From assembly GCF_032062105.1 (NCBI RefSeq), contig NW_026926516.1, forward strand, positions 186,001-250,000: DNA of 64,000 nucleotides. The letters run 5' to 3'. This document shows positions 1 to 15,300 of this stretch, piece by piece. Origin of the DNA: Saccostrea cucullata. Lineage: Eukaryota. The notes under the pieces were generated by a model that was not told the origin of the DNA, made no database searches, and was given only the letters and a program-made list of their open reading frames with translations. Position 1 is the stretch's first letter; each line of letters begins with the position of its first letter. The translations under genes were made by a program, and so were the position numbers.

Positions 1-344
1 TCTCTTATCCCCCTATTACATGTACATGTATTTTAAAATCTCATTTCAGAAGTTGATGAGTTGTTAATTGGGAACAAACTTAATGTAATGCATTGATGAT
101 ACTTTAACATGAAAACAAACCTCCACGAAATATTTCATCTGCAAGGTGGAAACAAGTTTAGCGATGCTTTATCATAATGGTTGCAACTATAAGGACAAGT
201 TAAATTGTCTCCCTTTTTTTTAATAGCTTTTTGAATTCAAGTTTCCTTTATTTCATAGATTTTAATCAAAGAGCTTTGGACATATTTGACCAATACACAC
301 ATATATACCAGTATATTCATTATTTCTCCTTACAGAAACTCTAC

Positions 345-3300
345 CTTTTATGTGGTTTTTCGTCGACATTGTCAGCAACATATGTCTTCAACTCATAGTC
401 TACTCCACAGGGCTATATAGAAAAGAAATCGATAGACGATGAAACTTCACATGCTATTCTCCTTCAATGTATCAAAACCCCTAGGGAGGTGTGATATAAA
501 GTGTGAATCTTCTAGCTCTTTATATTTCTTCAATTTCAAATCTATAAAGCTGTTACATGAAGATATGTTATGGAGATCACGAAGAATCTTGAAAAGTCTT
601 TAAATCTGTCAATTAGTATATTGATTAAAATTAAGAAGCTTTTTTTTTATCCACCTGCAATTAAAAATTATGAAATTAAAAAAAAAAATAATTGAGTCAT
701 GGATAAAACTATAATTAAAAACAAACCATGAGTAATGTTGAAGAGAAGTATTTGTTTCAATATCGTATTTTGCGACTTGATTATCAGCAGCAATTATAAA
801 CAATGTGCATGCAATAACATTTATCTATTTCACTTAGGGAGAGTTTTATAAAGATTCTATGATGGTTCATAAGGATCTGCTTACAGGGCTGTTTTGCAAG
901 AGACCATTATTTCATTAAATTAATTAGGTATTGACATATTTTCTTACAAATATACTAGCTTCTCTATTTCCCTAGACGTCAATGCCATGATAGCTCAAGG
1001 GGCTCAATGTCGCTCTTCAAACTAATGATTAAGGTACATAAGCTTCAGTTATTAATTAAAACATATCTTTGATAAAATTTCTACCCTGTATGCATCAAAA
1101 TCTGATATATATGCCAATTTCTATAAAAAGAAGTTTATGTAGAGTTCATCAATATCTTGCTTCTGATTTTCAATAATTTGAAAAAATAATAAGTATTCAT
1201 AATAAATATTCATTTAAAAGTAATTTGTGTAAACTGTTTAAATATGTCCATTCAAAGCAGAAAATTTATAGTTTCTGTATCAAAAAATTTAATTTATATT
1301 GAATCTGCAGACAGCTGAGGAAAAAAAATCAACATCAATATATCATGAGTAAGACATTAATGTGCCAACAAAATCTGTTGTCATCATCCAAAAACAAATT
1401 GTTTCCATGTGGATTTTAATAACTTTTTTATACCTTTCATAACAGCAATTTTTTTTTTACATATTAACCAGTATAGTGCAGAAGAGCTATTTTCTTGCTT
1501 TATCTATTTAGTTTACACCTATATATGTACATGCAGATCACAAAATTTACAGGAAAAGAATTTTATGAGGTAGAACCAATATTTGCCCTTCAAATCAAAA
1601 TTTGAATGAGAAATCTTTTACATGAATATTGTTCTAAACCAAAGGCATATCTGCATACTTAAAAGCTGTAAATATTTTCCTCAGTCATATGACTCTAAAC
1701 ATTAGAGATGACATCCGGAAAAAGATGAAAATTCAAAATGTCCATGACTTATACAGTAACAAGATGTGTTTGTGAAACACTGAAACCCCATTATTACAGA
1801 CAGTTTATGGTGAGGGCTGAGGCTTTTTGAATGCAAGTCAAACTCCCAGGTTATGGTCAATAGGTCCAATTTGTTGGTATCTAATGGAAAGTCTTGTCAC
1901 AAGGAATATACCCGTGAAGTATGAAAGCCCTTGTAATTTTATGATATGTTATATCCAAGGATAGTCTTTTAAAAGTGGGTCAAACTCTAAGGTCAAGGTC
2001 AAAAATATTAATTTCAATTGAAAGTTTTTGTCACTGTGACAGTGAATACACAGTGAAGTGTTAAAGCTCTAGCACAGACTTATCAAAAGTTATGGCCAAG
2101 GTTAGAGTTCGTGTACTTTTGTAAAAAAGGGTCGAAGTTCAAGGTAAAGGTCAAGACCTGAAAAAAGGTCTTGTAACAAAATACAGATGTGAAATATGAA
2201 AGCCCTTGTCCCACCCAATAAAAAGTCATGAGGAAGGTTTAAGTTTTTGTGGACAAACATACAGATTTGGCAAAAACTATATACCCCCAAATCTTTGATT
2301 ATGGGGTCATAAAAATCTCAGTCTATATAATTCAAAATAACATCTATGAGCTATACATATATAATCTATAGGTTTTAAGACCACCACAAGATGTTCTTCT
2401 ATTGATCTGTATCCCCCAGATTACGACATCTGTTGTCACTTTTGGTCATGTATCAATCTGTTAAACTGTCATCTAAACCAACACTCTGTAGTCTTATTTT
2501 GTACCATTTGTCGTGGCTTTCTTCCCTGTAGCTTTCTTATTTTGAAATAAAAGATCGATATTTTCTTTTCCCCTTTTGACATCATGTCTATTCTATTCTA
2601 TATACATACTGCATACATATAAATAACTCGAAAGCTGTGTTTTATTACACATTGTGTGAAAAACTTGCATTTTACGTCTGCAATGCTACGCATTTAACGA
2701 TCGAGATGTACGTCACACTGTTTGTTTGAAAAAATAGATTTAAATTAAACTTTTTAAGTAACATGAGGTTAAAATATTAATAATGTAAATAAAAGCACAT
2801 ATGTGCTAATTAGTAATTTTGCACTTTACATTGTGACGTAATATATATCTTCCAACACAATTCTTATTATGCAACAATTACTACCTGACTAAGAAAAAAT
2901 ATTGAAGATGGAGTGATTATAAACTTTTGATTATTAAACACTATAGCCAATTTTTTTAAAGTTGTACACAAACTGAATTTAGGGATTTATTTTAGAAAAC
3001 AAAAGAAATCAAGCTCCAATATTTTTAAAATTATGTCTTAGATATAATGTATTTGATGTAACATAAAGGGTTTTTTTTTTACCCAAAGGTTGTATAAGAG
3101 AAATTCAATACATTTTTTTTATAACACGTTCCGAGATTTCATTTATTTTCAGAGAAAGGGAAAACAGCCGTAAATTGATTCAGAAGTTGTTAACAATGTT
3201 GTCACAGGTTATACTTTTAACTTACATGCTTTTAAGATTTGCTATTACTTATTATTTGTCTAAAATTCTTTAATAGTGAATCACAAATACCAAGTAAATA

Positions 3301-6300
3301 AACAATGTGAATGATAATTCAATAAAATTTATTTTAATTAACCATCTGAAGTTCCCTACCCCACCCTATCCCCAGAGTCAAATCAAAATATGTACTAACT
3401 GATCAAAGTAACATTGGGACAGAGAGACATATTAATATTGCAGTAAATTACAAAAAAATATATATTAGCTTTTTATCTCACAAATTCATTACGGAATTCA
3501 AAAATAAATTGAGAAATCGTGGCAATAAATTAAAATCAGCTGTTAAATCAGATCAACTCCCTAAGGAGTGGAAGTTTTTGAAAAACAATTTGCAGACTTG
3601 AATTAGGGAGTCATGACTTGGAGATAATCACAAACAGGATGTTATGTTGTCAACAACAAACATGGCAGAATCCCATTGTGACCTAAAAATTGCTTCAAAT
3701 ACATTTTCAGGGCTTTTTTATTAAAATTCTCTTATCCATTTTCTGATATTTTTTAAAATATGTTTTCTTTAACATAAATTTTTACCAATTAAATGAAACA
3801 AAAAAACAATTTTTTTTTCAGATTCTTACTTAAACCTTTTCTGTTTGGATAGCTACAATAAAATAGCTCTCCAACCTCCCAACCCCCCAAATAAAAGGGG
3901 GAGGAGGCTACATTATTGCAGCAAGTGTTTGGAAAAAAGATTTTTTTTTTTTAAATTAAAAATATTTGCCATATCCTACAAGTGACATGTATAAAGGAAA
4001 AATGCAATGTGTTTTTGACATTTTGAGCTTCAGATGACTGATGTCCTCTTGGGTCTCTTAGTCTGAGATGACGGGTTTGTTTTGAGACTTCTACCTCAGA
4101 CACATACTCCTAACTCTTACCTTGCCTGTGTCCCCTGGGGCTGGCTGGAGAGTGACAGAGGCTGGGGCATTGGGAGGAAGCTGGAGGGAAAAAGATAAAT
4201 ACTGGTCATTAATTGAATATAATCTTAGCATTAATGTGATGTCAATACTAAATATTAACCTATAGGGTGAAACTGGGTAATTTTGAACTACTTATGAATC
4301 ACTTACATTTCCTGTGAAAAACAAACAAGACACCACAGTGATATAACTGTGATATCATAAGCAGGAACTGAGAAAATATATTGACAAATTCTTTTTTTTT
4401 AGTACTGAATAGCAGACAAGAGGCTCAAGGGCCTTAAGGGTCACCTGAGTATTATATATTTACAACACCAAGAAGGATCTGTATAACAAAAATCAAAATA
4501 AATGATGAATTAAGGACTGTTGCCCAATTAAAATCAAGAGAAATAGGATGATCTGGATTAATAAATTAGTTAGTGTAGTACTTGGAAAACAAATCATAAG
4601 GTAATTTAAATTTTGCAAAACAATGACTGTTTGAGCACATGCATTGAAGCCATCTCATTCTTTTTTCACTTTGCCTCTCTTGATATTTGAAGAAAATTTC
4701 ATTGTATCACCAAAATCGGTAAAAATTGGTCCAACTGATTTATGAGCAGATGCGGAAAATATCTGATAATTTACAAACGTCTGACAACGTACAAATCAAA
4801 ATGGGTAGTGATATCTGTGACTCAGGTGACCTTACATTGTAAATAAAATATGTAAGGAAATTTTTCTCTTATTTAATTTCATGGTTTCATAAATCCCATT
4901 GAGATTATTCAACTTAATGCACCCTTTTATGTATTTTCATTCATTTTATGCAGTATATCATGCCGACATCATTCCTAGGACATACTCTATGACTTCATTG
5001 CTAGTTTTACCTCAAAGAAGAAAGGATAGGCATTGGATCCTAATTTCCTGATGAGCCGCTCCTGTAGATTTGTGAGGGGTTTAGCTTGATCCTCCACTGG
5101 GGGGTATACCTGAAAATTGGCCAAGTAAAGGTCTTTTCTAAAAGTCAGACCGAGAACGTCCAAATCTTCACGTCCATAACGAAATGCTGCCAACACATGG
5201 GCGAACACTTTCCTTCCTTGTAAATAATCGGGGTCAACCAGAACTATTCCATCTACAAATGAAGAAAACAACATTATCATATTGTAAGATTTTTTTTTTC
5301 GCAATTATTCTGCATAAACTAAAAACTAAGAGGAGGGGGGACATAAAAAAGGTATAATTAAGTAAAAGTTAAATCTTACAAATATCATCAAAGGAAGATA
5401 AGTTGTCATGGTCAAGGAAACTTTTGAATTTATAAAAATTAATATTCCAATATACCCGGTATGAGGGGTAGTTATGAGTGAGTGTTAAGAAGTTTTTTTT
5501 TTTAATTCCTTATGCATTGAAAACCTTTTCAAGGTTTAATTATGGTCAGTAAATGATTTTTCTGTGACCTGTCATAATCAAAAAGTCAGAAGATTCATTT
5601 AAATGGTAATTCATAGGTTACTCTGCCACTCATCTTGGGTTAACTAAAGCACTGTGTATCATTATTATAGGAAAAAAATACCATACTGTAGATTGCCAAA
5701 TTATGGAAACACAATATTTTTTCCAGATACAGTAAAACTCGTTTAGTACGAACACAGATAGTGTGCATTCATGGATATAGCGAAGGTTTCTTGGATCCCC
5801 CATTGTAAAATTTTAGATATTCCCTATACAGAGATATAGTGAAGTAATTTTTACACGTCCAAGTGACTTCATTATAACAGAGTTTTACTGTATTTATTTA
5901 GTACTTATATGCCACACAAAATGTTTCACAAATTCTGGCTAGTCAATCTCCAACAAAACAAAAAACAATAAAAGTGCGAAAAATAAATTTGTGAATAAGT
6001 CATTTACAATTCTGTAATGCATTTTATGCTGACATAAAAAATTGTCTGTGCATGTCCTTAATATTATTTTTAGCAAAAATTACATGCCATAAACATGATA
6101 AATGTAAAATCACCTGATTACTTTTTTCACATTATAAGCAAAAAATCTAGACACGAATGTTCACACCCCTAACCAACAGTACAGTACATTTGATAGGATT
6201 TCGTTATTACAATATCAAAGGTAATAGGTTCAAACAGGTTCATGTATGTACCTTTATTTAAACAAGAATTGGACATAGAAGTACATTATAAAATCCAATA

Positions 6301-9300
6301 CATTGGCTGTATATACCCAGTATCACTTTTATTACAATAAATTTTAAAGAATATGAACCTATAATTTTCGTAAAAGTGCACAATATTCTAAAGATATCAA
6401 GTTTAAAAAAAGAATTTTAAAAATGCACTTTATAAATTTTATAAAAGTACACAGAAATTTACTATTACTAGAGAGTGCCTTACCAATAGGGTCTATATGA
6501 GTTAAGTGATCAATGAAATCTCGTTTTCCCAGGTACGTTGTTATCTGAAAAAAATTTTAAAACATTATCGTTTTCCAATGAACTCCAAAAAACTATCAAG
6601 CTTCATGATCAATAAAATTATAATCTTGATTGCCACAAGAAATTATTACACTTAATTACTCTTCTCAATTAGAATCACTCATATGAATTAATTTTTATCG
6701 ATTATTTGCCTTTCAGTCAATCTTGGATGAATTTATTATTTTATGCATCTTAAATTTTTCAATTTTTTTATTACATTTTTTTTATTTTGGTTGAAAAATT
6801 TTGAAAGAAATCAAAAGAAGCCCACATGCAACAACACTCCATTTTCATGTACATCAATTTTTTTTCATGGACAAACTGCACTTTAAGTTTCTTTTATATA
6901 ATATGGAGATATGATTCCTCAGACATTAGCATAAAATTGATAACAAATAATTGCATTTCTATAACAAACTAGAGCATGGAGAATTGATGCAAGTAAATCA
7001 AAATTCTCTCACGACTTGCACATTATGACACCTGCTCTTGTTGATATACAAGAATCATTTTTGCCTCCGTTATTTCAACAATCATATTGGTTCTCCATTT
7101 TATTAATCTTTAAATTAAATATAAAATTTTCCCAATCTGAACGATTTAATTAAAAAAAAAAACATCCTAGATCATGAAGGAAAGTGACAGACAAATTAAT
7201 CTTCCTAAAATCTTTTTATTTAATATATTTTCCGAGTCATTAATAGCAAAACATAAACATGCAATTTCTTATAAAGAAAATATATATATAGGTATATGCA
7301 CTTTCTTTCTTTCATGAGCTACAGCTGACGAAAAACATAAATTAAAACCATAAAAATAAAATATGGAGCATATTTTGTGAATCAGAACCCAGTTAGATAT
7401 TATCTCATTGAAAGCATCTAACCTTGAAATTGTTAATCACGCTATAGCAATTACGAAAACCTTGAAGTGATGATTTATGTTTTTTTTTGTTTTTTTTTTG
7501 ATTCAGTATTGAAATGTACACACCTTTCCATTTGGGCTTGTCTTTTTAAAAACCCTGAAATGAAACAAAAATGTTTTTTTTTAAATTCTTATTAGGTATA
7601 TTTTAGAAGTGTAAAATCATTCATACTGTACTGAACATGCTGTATATCAATATGCATGAGTCTGTTTTTGAGCTGAGCAGTATATATAGATAATACTAAT
7701 TGTACACTTTCACAATAAATTGATATTTATATAAAGCTGATATTCCAGAGAAAAGGGACTGTTCAATATCTTAATCATATTACACAAAGCACTAATATTT
7801 TCATCAATTTTATGATATACTTTATGTATGTCTTTTAAATTCCTAGGAAGTTTAAATCTTCTAAAAAGAAAATTTTCATACACTCCGGTACCATATATCA
7901 CTATGTTTTTCCTGCTTAAAATTGCAACCAAATTAGGATTGTGTCCCCTGGTAAATTTTGTTCAAGTGTCTTTTTTCAAAATGCTGAAGAATTTTTTTTT
8001 TATTCATTTCTTTAAGTAAGTTAATAATTATGCATTGTATAAAGAAGAGACAAATTAACAATTCTTAAAAGCAATCCTGGCAGAAACTGCCTATCTTGGA
8101 GAGTTTGGCAATTTTTCTCGTAAGTGCCATCATCACACATACTCTTAGAAAAATATAAAACTTGATGTATACCTCTTAAAGAAGAACTATAGTAACTGCA
8201 TTCTTGTAGAAAGATTTATCATCAGACATAAAGTGAGCTTCTAATTCTGATTCTAGAAATTTTCACAAGACAAGGAAATAGTTTTAACAAAAAAAAATGT
8301 AAATAATGACTGTACATTGTACACATGATTTCATCTGATTTTTTTTAACACTGTTGATTTCAAAATTCAATTGATTTATGATCGCCCATATATAAAATTA
8401 ATCTCTTTTTTATGAGTGTGTGCACATAAAATTAGGTATGCAGAGATGTTCAAGTGTTTTGTTTCTTAAGCATGTGTGTTTTTATAGATCTACTATCTTC
8501 ACAGAATGTCAATGCTTTCAGCAGCCCCTTGGAAGTTAATACATCATTATCCGAGCTCAATAATGTCTCAATACCAGAACGATCTGATGTTATACTCTTG
8601 TACTCAGTTGAGTACGGATAATGCAAACATTACTTATGGAATGAACAACCAAGTATTTCTACTTAAATGCTTATCAATTTCTAACAGCCGTAACAGTCTA
8701 CTTCCACGATAATTTAAGAAACAGATGAAAAAGGTGTATTGAAAATATTTTGTGCACGCCTTAATTAACTGAATTTTCTTCAAAAACAAACACACTACCA
8801 TCCACTGTAGAATTTGAACTTTTCTTATTAGCATCATTGGCTAATTATCCATCAGTTAATTATAACAGTAAATAAATGCAGACTTGCTCTTGCCCATTAA
8901 CAAGTCTTATTTGGAGACTGTAAACAAACTATCAGTAAGCCATACAATTAGGTCAAAATGATTTTTAGTGACCATGCAATAATTCACAGGTCATTAGCTT
9001 TAACGTTCATTCCTTGAGAATATTTAGAGCCCTGGAGGTAATTCTCAATGCTGGACTATACAGCAGTTATTGGTTTTCTGTAATAAATGACCCACACTTT
9101 TACTGGAAACTGCTCATAAATCTGGGCCTCAATGTACCAATATACAAGGATTATAATGCAAGAGTAGATCCTAAATGAAAACCTGCAGTAAATAAGGATG
9201 AATATGTTTTGTACGTGGCAAAGGGCCAAATGAGTTTACAAGCATAATCTAATGGAATATCGTTACCAATAACACCCCCCCCCCAAAAAAAAATCCTATT

Positions 9301-12300
9301 GCTTCTTGCAGTGTTTCATCACTCCCCCCCCCAACACCACTTTCCAAGACCTCTGACAATCAGGAAATGGAATCAACAGAATCTCTAACTACTTCTTGCA
9401 CTACTGGAAATTTAATTAAAAAACAATGTTCTTAGTACAAGTGTTATCTCAAAATTTGTGCTTGTACATGTCAATTGAATAGAGTCGATCATGCTGAAAA
9501 TGCATTTATTTCCATTAAAAGTGTTGATAAAATTAGTATCCTCCCACACAGTGCAACAGCATGCATAAACTCTATACGTCAATAATAAGGCCTAGACCAG
9601 TATCATTAAGACTATAAATGGAGGGACCATTGCTGCACAATTAACCTCTAGGTTTCTGACCCCTGTCATTTTCCCAGGATTCTATCGAGACAACAAATGT
9701 AAACATAGAAGCCTGCACGTTATTGAGTGAGCTAATGTGAATTTTCCCTTGCAGTATCTGCAAGAATCTCATTCCCATCTTCCTTTGGTGAGCACTATTA
9801 AATTACAGATTTTGGTCTGATCACTGAAGTAATGAGCACAGATTTTAAACTTGATCAATTATAGATGACAGTTTCTCTCTGTTGACATTGCAGTCCCCAA
9901 GAATCAATAGTCCATAATGAGTTTCTCCTTAAAAGGATGGTGCTTAAAAGCTATGACTTTGATTTAAAGCATGTTCACCAAAACATAAATGCAAATTTAA
10001 ATTAAAGAAAAAAATTACTTTTTATAGATTTCCAAAGAAAATTTTCTTAACAAGTAACAAAAACAAAATTTTGCCATGCATGCTGACTTCAGTATTACTG
10101 TACAGTAGAACTTGGATGTCTCAAACACTGATTTATCTGAAATACCCTGTATCTGTTGAATTCATTCAAAAGCTTTCTTTACCTTTTTGTTAATTAACTC
10201 CAACTTCTCAAATCCTTGAATATTATCTTCAAGTCTTTTCATGGTTCCATCAAGTTCAAGATATTAAAGTTTGACTGTATATTAATTATATTTGAACCAT
10301 TAATTATCGAAACAATGATACTTCAGCTGCTTTTAAGTGGAATATTGTTATATTACATTCTCTTCTCTTCATCAAAATGTTGATAACTCATGGACAAAAT
10401 ATAAATATCGAAAAATCAATTACCTGCATTTAGGTGTTGTTGCTTTATTAACTGAAGGCATGTCCCAGAGAAGCAATTCCTTATCACTGTCTTATTATTA
10501 AGTCTCTTTTAATTAAGAATCACTATAAAGCTTATAAAAAAGGCAATAATTGCTTTGATGCTTTGTCAAGCAGTAAATACAGATCTTTATCAATTTTCAA
10601 ATTGATTTTTTCTTCTGGTTGCAATTCAGCTCCAGAGAGAAATTCTTCTCCAGAGTCAGTTAATAAAAGGTGATGACCATTATAATTACAGAATCCGAAC
10701 AGCTAAAAACAATGTTTTGCAGGGTCTAAGACTGAACTCAATTAATGACAGAAGATTGAACATGATATCATCTTCATGAAGTCCAACATCAAAGTCTATC
10801 ACTTTCCAATAAGGAAAAAAAATTCACAGAGAGAAGTCTTGGAACAGATCTGGTTTGTGATTTCACTAAGGAAGACCTTTTGATGACAAAAAGTTTATCT
10901 GTCTTTGCCGCTCTGAAGCCTGATCAAGATGCTGAAACAAAGTGTCTGGTCACAAGATATAACCGTCAGGGTTTCACACCTCAAAGTGACCAAACATCGG
11001 TCCATCTGGCCAATGAGACCGCTGGCTTGGTGTTAAATTCTTATGAGATGGCTTTCTTCGATTTCCATGGTGATGAAAATTAATTAAGCAGGATACGTTG
11101 TCATGTAATGGATGGCAAAGTTAATAAGCAGCTGATCCGATTGACGTATTATATACCTGCCAATCTTACCTGCTTGTCAACAGCAACTATTTTTAGACTC
11201 CCAAATCACCCCTGACCTTGTAAAATATCCTATTTAATGTTACATGAATCCCTAAGGATTGTTTATAGAGTGAGGGGCGGGGATTTTACATTTTATTGAT
11301 ATCAGTTCAATTTGTATTGTTCAGATCATGTTGGTTCCCTAAAAACCTTATCAATCACTTTCATGTTCTCTACAACTTTGAATCTCTACAATTCTTAAAA
11401 GATAATTTTGGTTCTCTGAAAATCTTTTAAAGCACTAACTGGTTCTCTACAACACTTATAAATCACTTTAGTGCTTCTCTACAACACTTATAAATCACTT
11501 AGGTTCTCTACAACACTTATAAATCACTTAAGTTCTCTAACTCTTATAAATCACTTTAGTGCTTTGATCTCTACAACACTTATAAATCACTTCAGTGCTT
11601 CTCTACAACACCTATAATTCACTCAGGTTCTCTACAACACTTATAAATCACTTAAGTTCTCTAACTCTTATAAATCACTTTAGTGCTTTGATCTCTACAA
11701 CATTTATAAATCACTTTAGTGCTTCTCTACAACACCTATAATTCACTTAGGTTCTCTACAACACTTATAAATCACTTAAGTTCTCTACAATCACTTTAGT
11801 GCTTCTCTACAACACTTATAAATCACTTAAGTTCTCTACAATCACTTTAGTGCTTCTCTACAACACTTATAAATCACTTAAGTTCTCTACAATCACTTTA
11901 GTGCTTCTCTACAACACTTATAGATCACTTAGCTTCTCTACAACACTTATAAATCACTTAGATTCTCTTCAACACTTATAAATCACTTTAGTGCTTCTCT
12001 ACAACTGTCTTATAAATCACTTTGCTTCTCTGCAACACTTATAACTCACTTTGCTTCTCTACAACACTTATGAATCACTTTGCTTTTCTACAACACTTAT
12101 AAATGAATCACTTTGCATTTCTACAACTCTTAATATAGAGCACTTTGCTTCTCTTACAACTCATACAGATTACTCTAGTTTCTTGTTCTCAGATAAAAAA
12201 TAATGTTATTAAGCAGACATGCATTATAACCTATCAGATTAAATCTATTAAGAGGCCGACTGCAGGTCTGGATCCATGCCTGATAATAATGCATCCCCTG

Positions 12301-15300
12301 CTGCAATTTTTCTTATATATTTTCTGAATCATTTGTGTTTCTGTAGGACCTGGTTATTCAATAAGATATTTTATACACCAGGGAGCACCAAGATAGAAAG
12401 CTGAGGCTGCAATACATTTAATAACTGCCTCTACTGTATATGTCATATTGTAATATGAAAGAACTCTGATATCAAATCTGTATTAAACAAAAACAATCTG
12501 CTCAAAAACCTTTTTTTTTCTTCAAGATTCAAACATAAGAAAAAGAGTTTTGAGTTCCGTTATTGATATAATGCCACTGAAATGAACTTTTATGTAATTT
12601 TGTATATTTTCTTAGCACATTTTTTTTTCAGTTAATCCGATGTGGATGAAAAATATGGAAGCTTGTTTGACATTTCATTATATAACAGCTTAATGATGTT
12701 TATGGTAACTGTTTATAGGTGTGATGCTGTCAACCCTCACCATGGTGAAAATAAAAAAAAAACTACACATCAGCTTATAATCAGTTGACATATCTTTCAC
12801 AACAAGTAGTTTGAAATGCAATTAAAACTCATAAACAAAAACACTGAGTGAATTGCCTCCCCTTCAATTAAAATTCAAATCAAATCAAAAGCAGAGGACA
12901 TAGTTTATACTGCATGTTTATATACTTAAAAAAAAACTAGCAAGAAAAGAAAGAGACCTGGTTAAGAAACAGGAATTATCACCTTTCCAAATAAAATAAA
13001 ATCAAATCATCAGCAAACCAGAGGACATACATGTAGTTACATTGGAGGATTTAGAGTGGGGCCCAGCATACCGCCTCTCTTTCCTGCCCAAAATAATAAA
13101 TTTTACTACATCAATTTTTTTTTGTGGCTATGGGCCCCTATCCCGACCCCCCCCCCCCCACCTTTTTCAAGATTTCTGGATCCGCCTCTGAAATAATGTT
13201 TATAGATATAATGTTTACTGTTCATATTTAAGAGAGAAAAAAAACTTCTCTGCAATACACTTCTAATCTGAATTTTTACCTGCAATCAAAAGAACTCCAG
13301 TCCGTTACAGCAATATCACTCATCTATATACATAAATACGGAAAATTTGAAATCCAAGACAACTGCATTCACAAATCTATTTACATTTTTTGTCGCAACC
13401 AGATTCGTAAACAAAATCCTTCTATGACCAGTGCATCTTCAAAAGAAAGCGAAGAGTGCACCATAATGCCTTTCCCTTCAGCACACATAGCATGTGGTAT
13501 CTGTGTAATTGCGTTTTGTCGAGGACAAACTGTCAGCAAAGTCTTGGGTATATTATAGTCACAGACACACTCTCGAAGGTCATTACTTACTCTGCCAAAA
13601 TACATATACATTCGACACTGCCAAAATGCAAATCAAGACACAGCATGGGGGCAGCGTGCTAAAATCAAACTCATCACCATGCACACCATGATCTTTTAGG
13701 AATTATCGTGATTTTTACTTCTTTCTCCCCCCGGTGGGCCTGATGGAGAGAAAGGAGGTACAAATTCCTTTCATATTTCATGTTTCTAAGTCAAGAGCAT
13801 TAAAACCCCCTCGCTGAATAATCAGAGAGAGAGAGAGAGATTACAGCAAATAAGGGGAAGTAACTCATGCTGTTGAAGATAAAGAAGAAAATGTACACGT
13901 ACAATACAAATTACTTTGAATCAATACCTGGAAATTTTTGTGTCCCAACATGTTACTGCTTAGGCAATATCTTGAACAAATAAAACATTTTAAAAATATT
14001 AGATTTTAAAATATAGTAATTTTCAATATTATTTCAGCATATTTTATTGAAAGACGACTATAAATACAGTTTTATACCCTTGGTTTTTTAATGTTGAAGA
14101 GACTTGTTTTAGAAGCATTTTTCAAATTTTATTGTAAATTATAAATTAAATTAAAATTGATTACTGAAACGATAAATTGCCTCCTGCTGCCCCTTATTTA
14201 GAAATCCCTTTTATATCTGACTTATAAAAATGTTATGCGAATTCATTTTCTAAGGAAATTATTACCCCTGTCCCTTATTTAGAAATCCCTTTTATATCAC
14301 TTATAAATATGTTATGTGAGTTCATTTTCTACAGAAAATTATTACCACTACCTGTTTACATCAGACATCATATTCACACATCCCTTCCAACATGAAATTA
14401 TTTCTCATTGCTGATGATAACTTTGTGCATTACCGGTAAGACAATTTGCCAAATTGCATGTCAATAACTTAATCGTTAATAAATATGATTTACAATTTAT
14501 ACAAATCACTTAATAAATACATTGTGACATATGATGTAAAGAAACTTTGGAATGACTAGTTGAAGTCTTCAATTTTTCTTGTTCACAATTCATTTCTTGA
14601 AGTCATTAAGAAATGATAAAGATTCAACTGTTAATGAATTGCGTACATGCTATTATTTTCGATCCCAGCATTTGTATCCAGAAATGTTTACTACAGCACC
14701 TAACCGCCTTTCATGCGCATCCCTAAAATAGGTTTTTGCGAGTAACGTACATCATTTGATCAAATTTGTGACGATGATTCCATCTGTTGCATGCTACATC
14801 TCCTGAACCCATTGATCAATGTTCAGTAAATCTACTTTGGTCATCATGGAAAAAATCATCGTACAAGAGGAAGCATGTAAGCAGATTGGGGCTGAAGTAA
14901 TGCTTATTTAGTACTTTTAATACATGCTTAGCATGAGTAGAGGATGAAGGTATAATAGATAAAAAAGATTCACGTGGAGGAAAATGCTTTTTTTTTCTTG
15001 GAAGTAATGCATTTATAAATCCATTGTGCGTAAAAAGTTGCGTAACAATATGGTTCGGTACTAAATGTCTAAATATATCTAATTAGTAATAACAGAGATT
15101 AAATTAGTCATTTCTCAATCTGAAATATCAGGAGATTTAGTCCCCATGCACTGAACTTTGCCTAGAAACTTCATTTTTTATGTCCAAGTGAATAAATTCT
15201 AAGAATACAATTGACATATGATTACCAAATTAATACAGTTAAACTTTGGTATCTCAAACACTAATATCTTGAATTCGATGAATATGTTAAAGTCATTTGG

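Noticed and set aside
4987-5304. 105-aa ORF as a stand-alone gene
   Set aside because: Only 5252-5011 is exon; the MRKKK start and VKLAMKS tail are intronic.
11150-11200. Strong minus-strand donors CAG|GTAAGA and CAG|GTATAT in arrestin intron 1
   Set aside because: In-frame stops occur shortly upstream in the required phase, so no coding exon can be built.
11330-12170. CRISPR-like appearance of ~30-bp repeats, and the ORF 11799-11981
   Set aside because: Repeats are contiguous with no unique spacers, the context is eukaryotic and there are no cas genes; the ORF simply reflects the 51-bp period.
12983-13032. Another in-phase ATG...AG|GT candidate first exon ([16 protein letters not shown])
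   Set aside because: Weak donor GTGATA within a local AT-rich duplication; it shows the chance rate of such hits.
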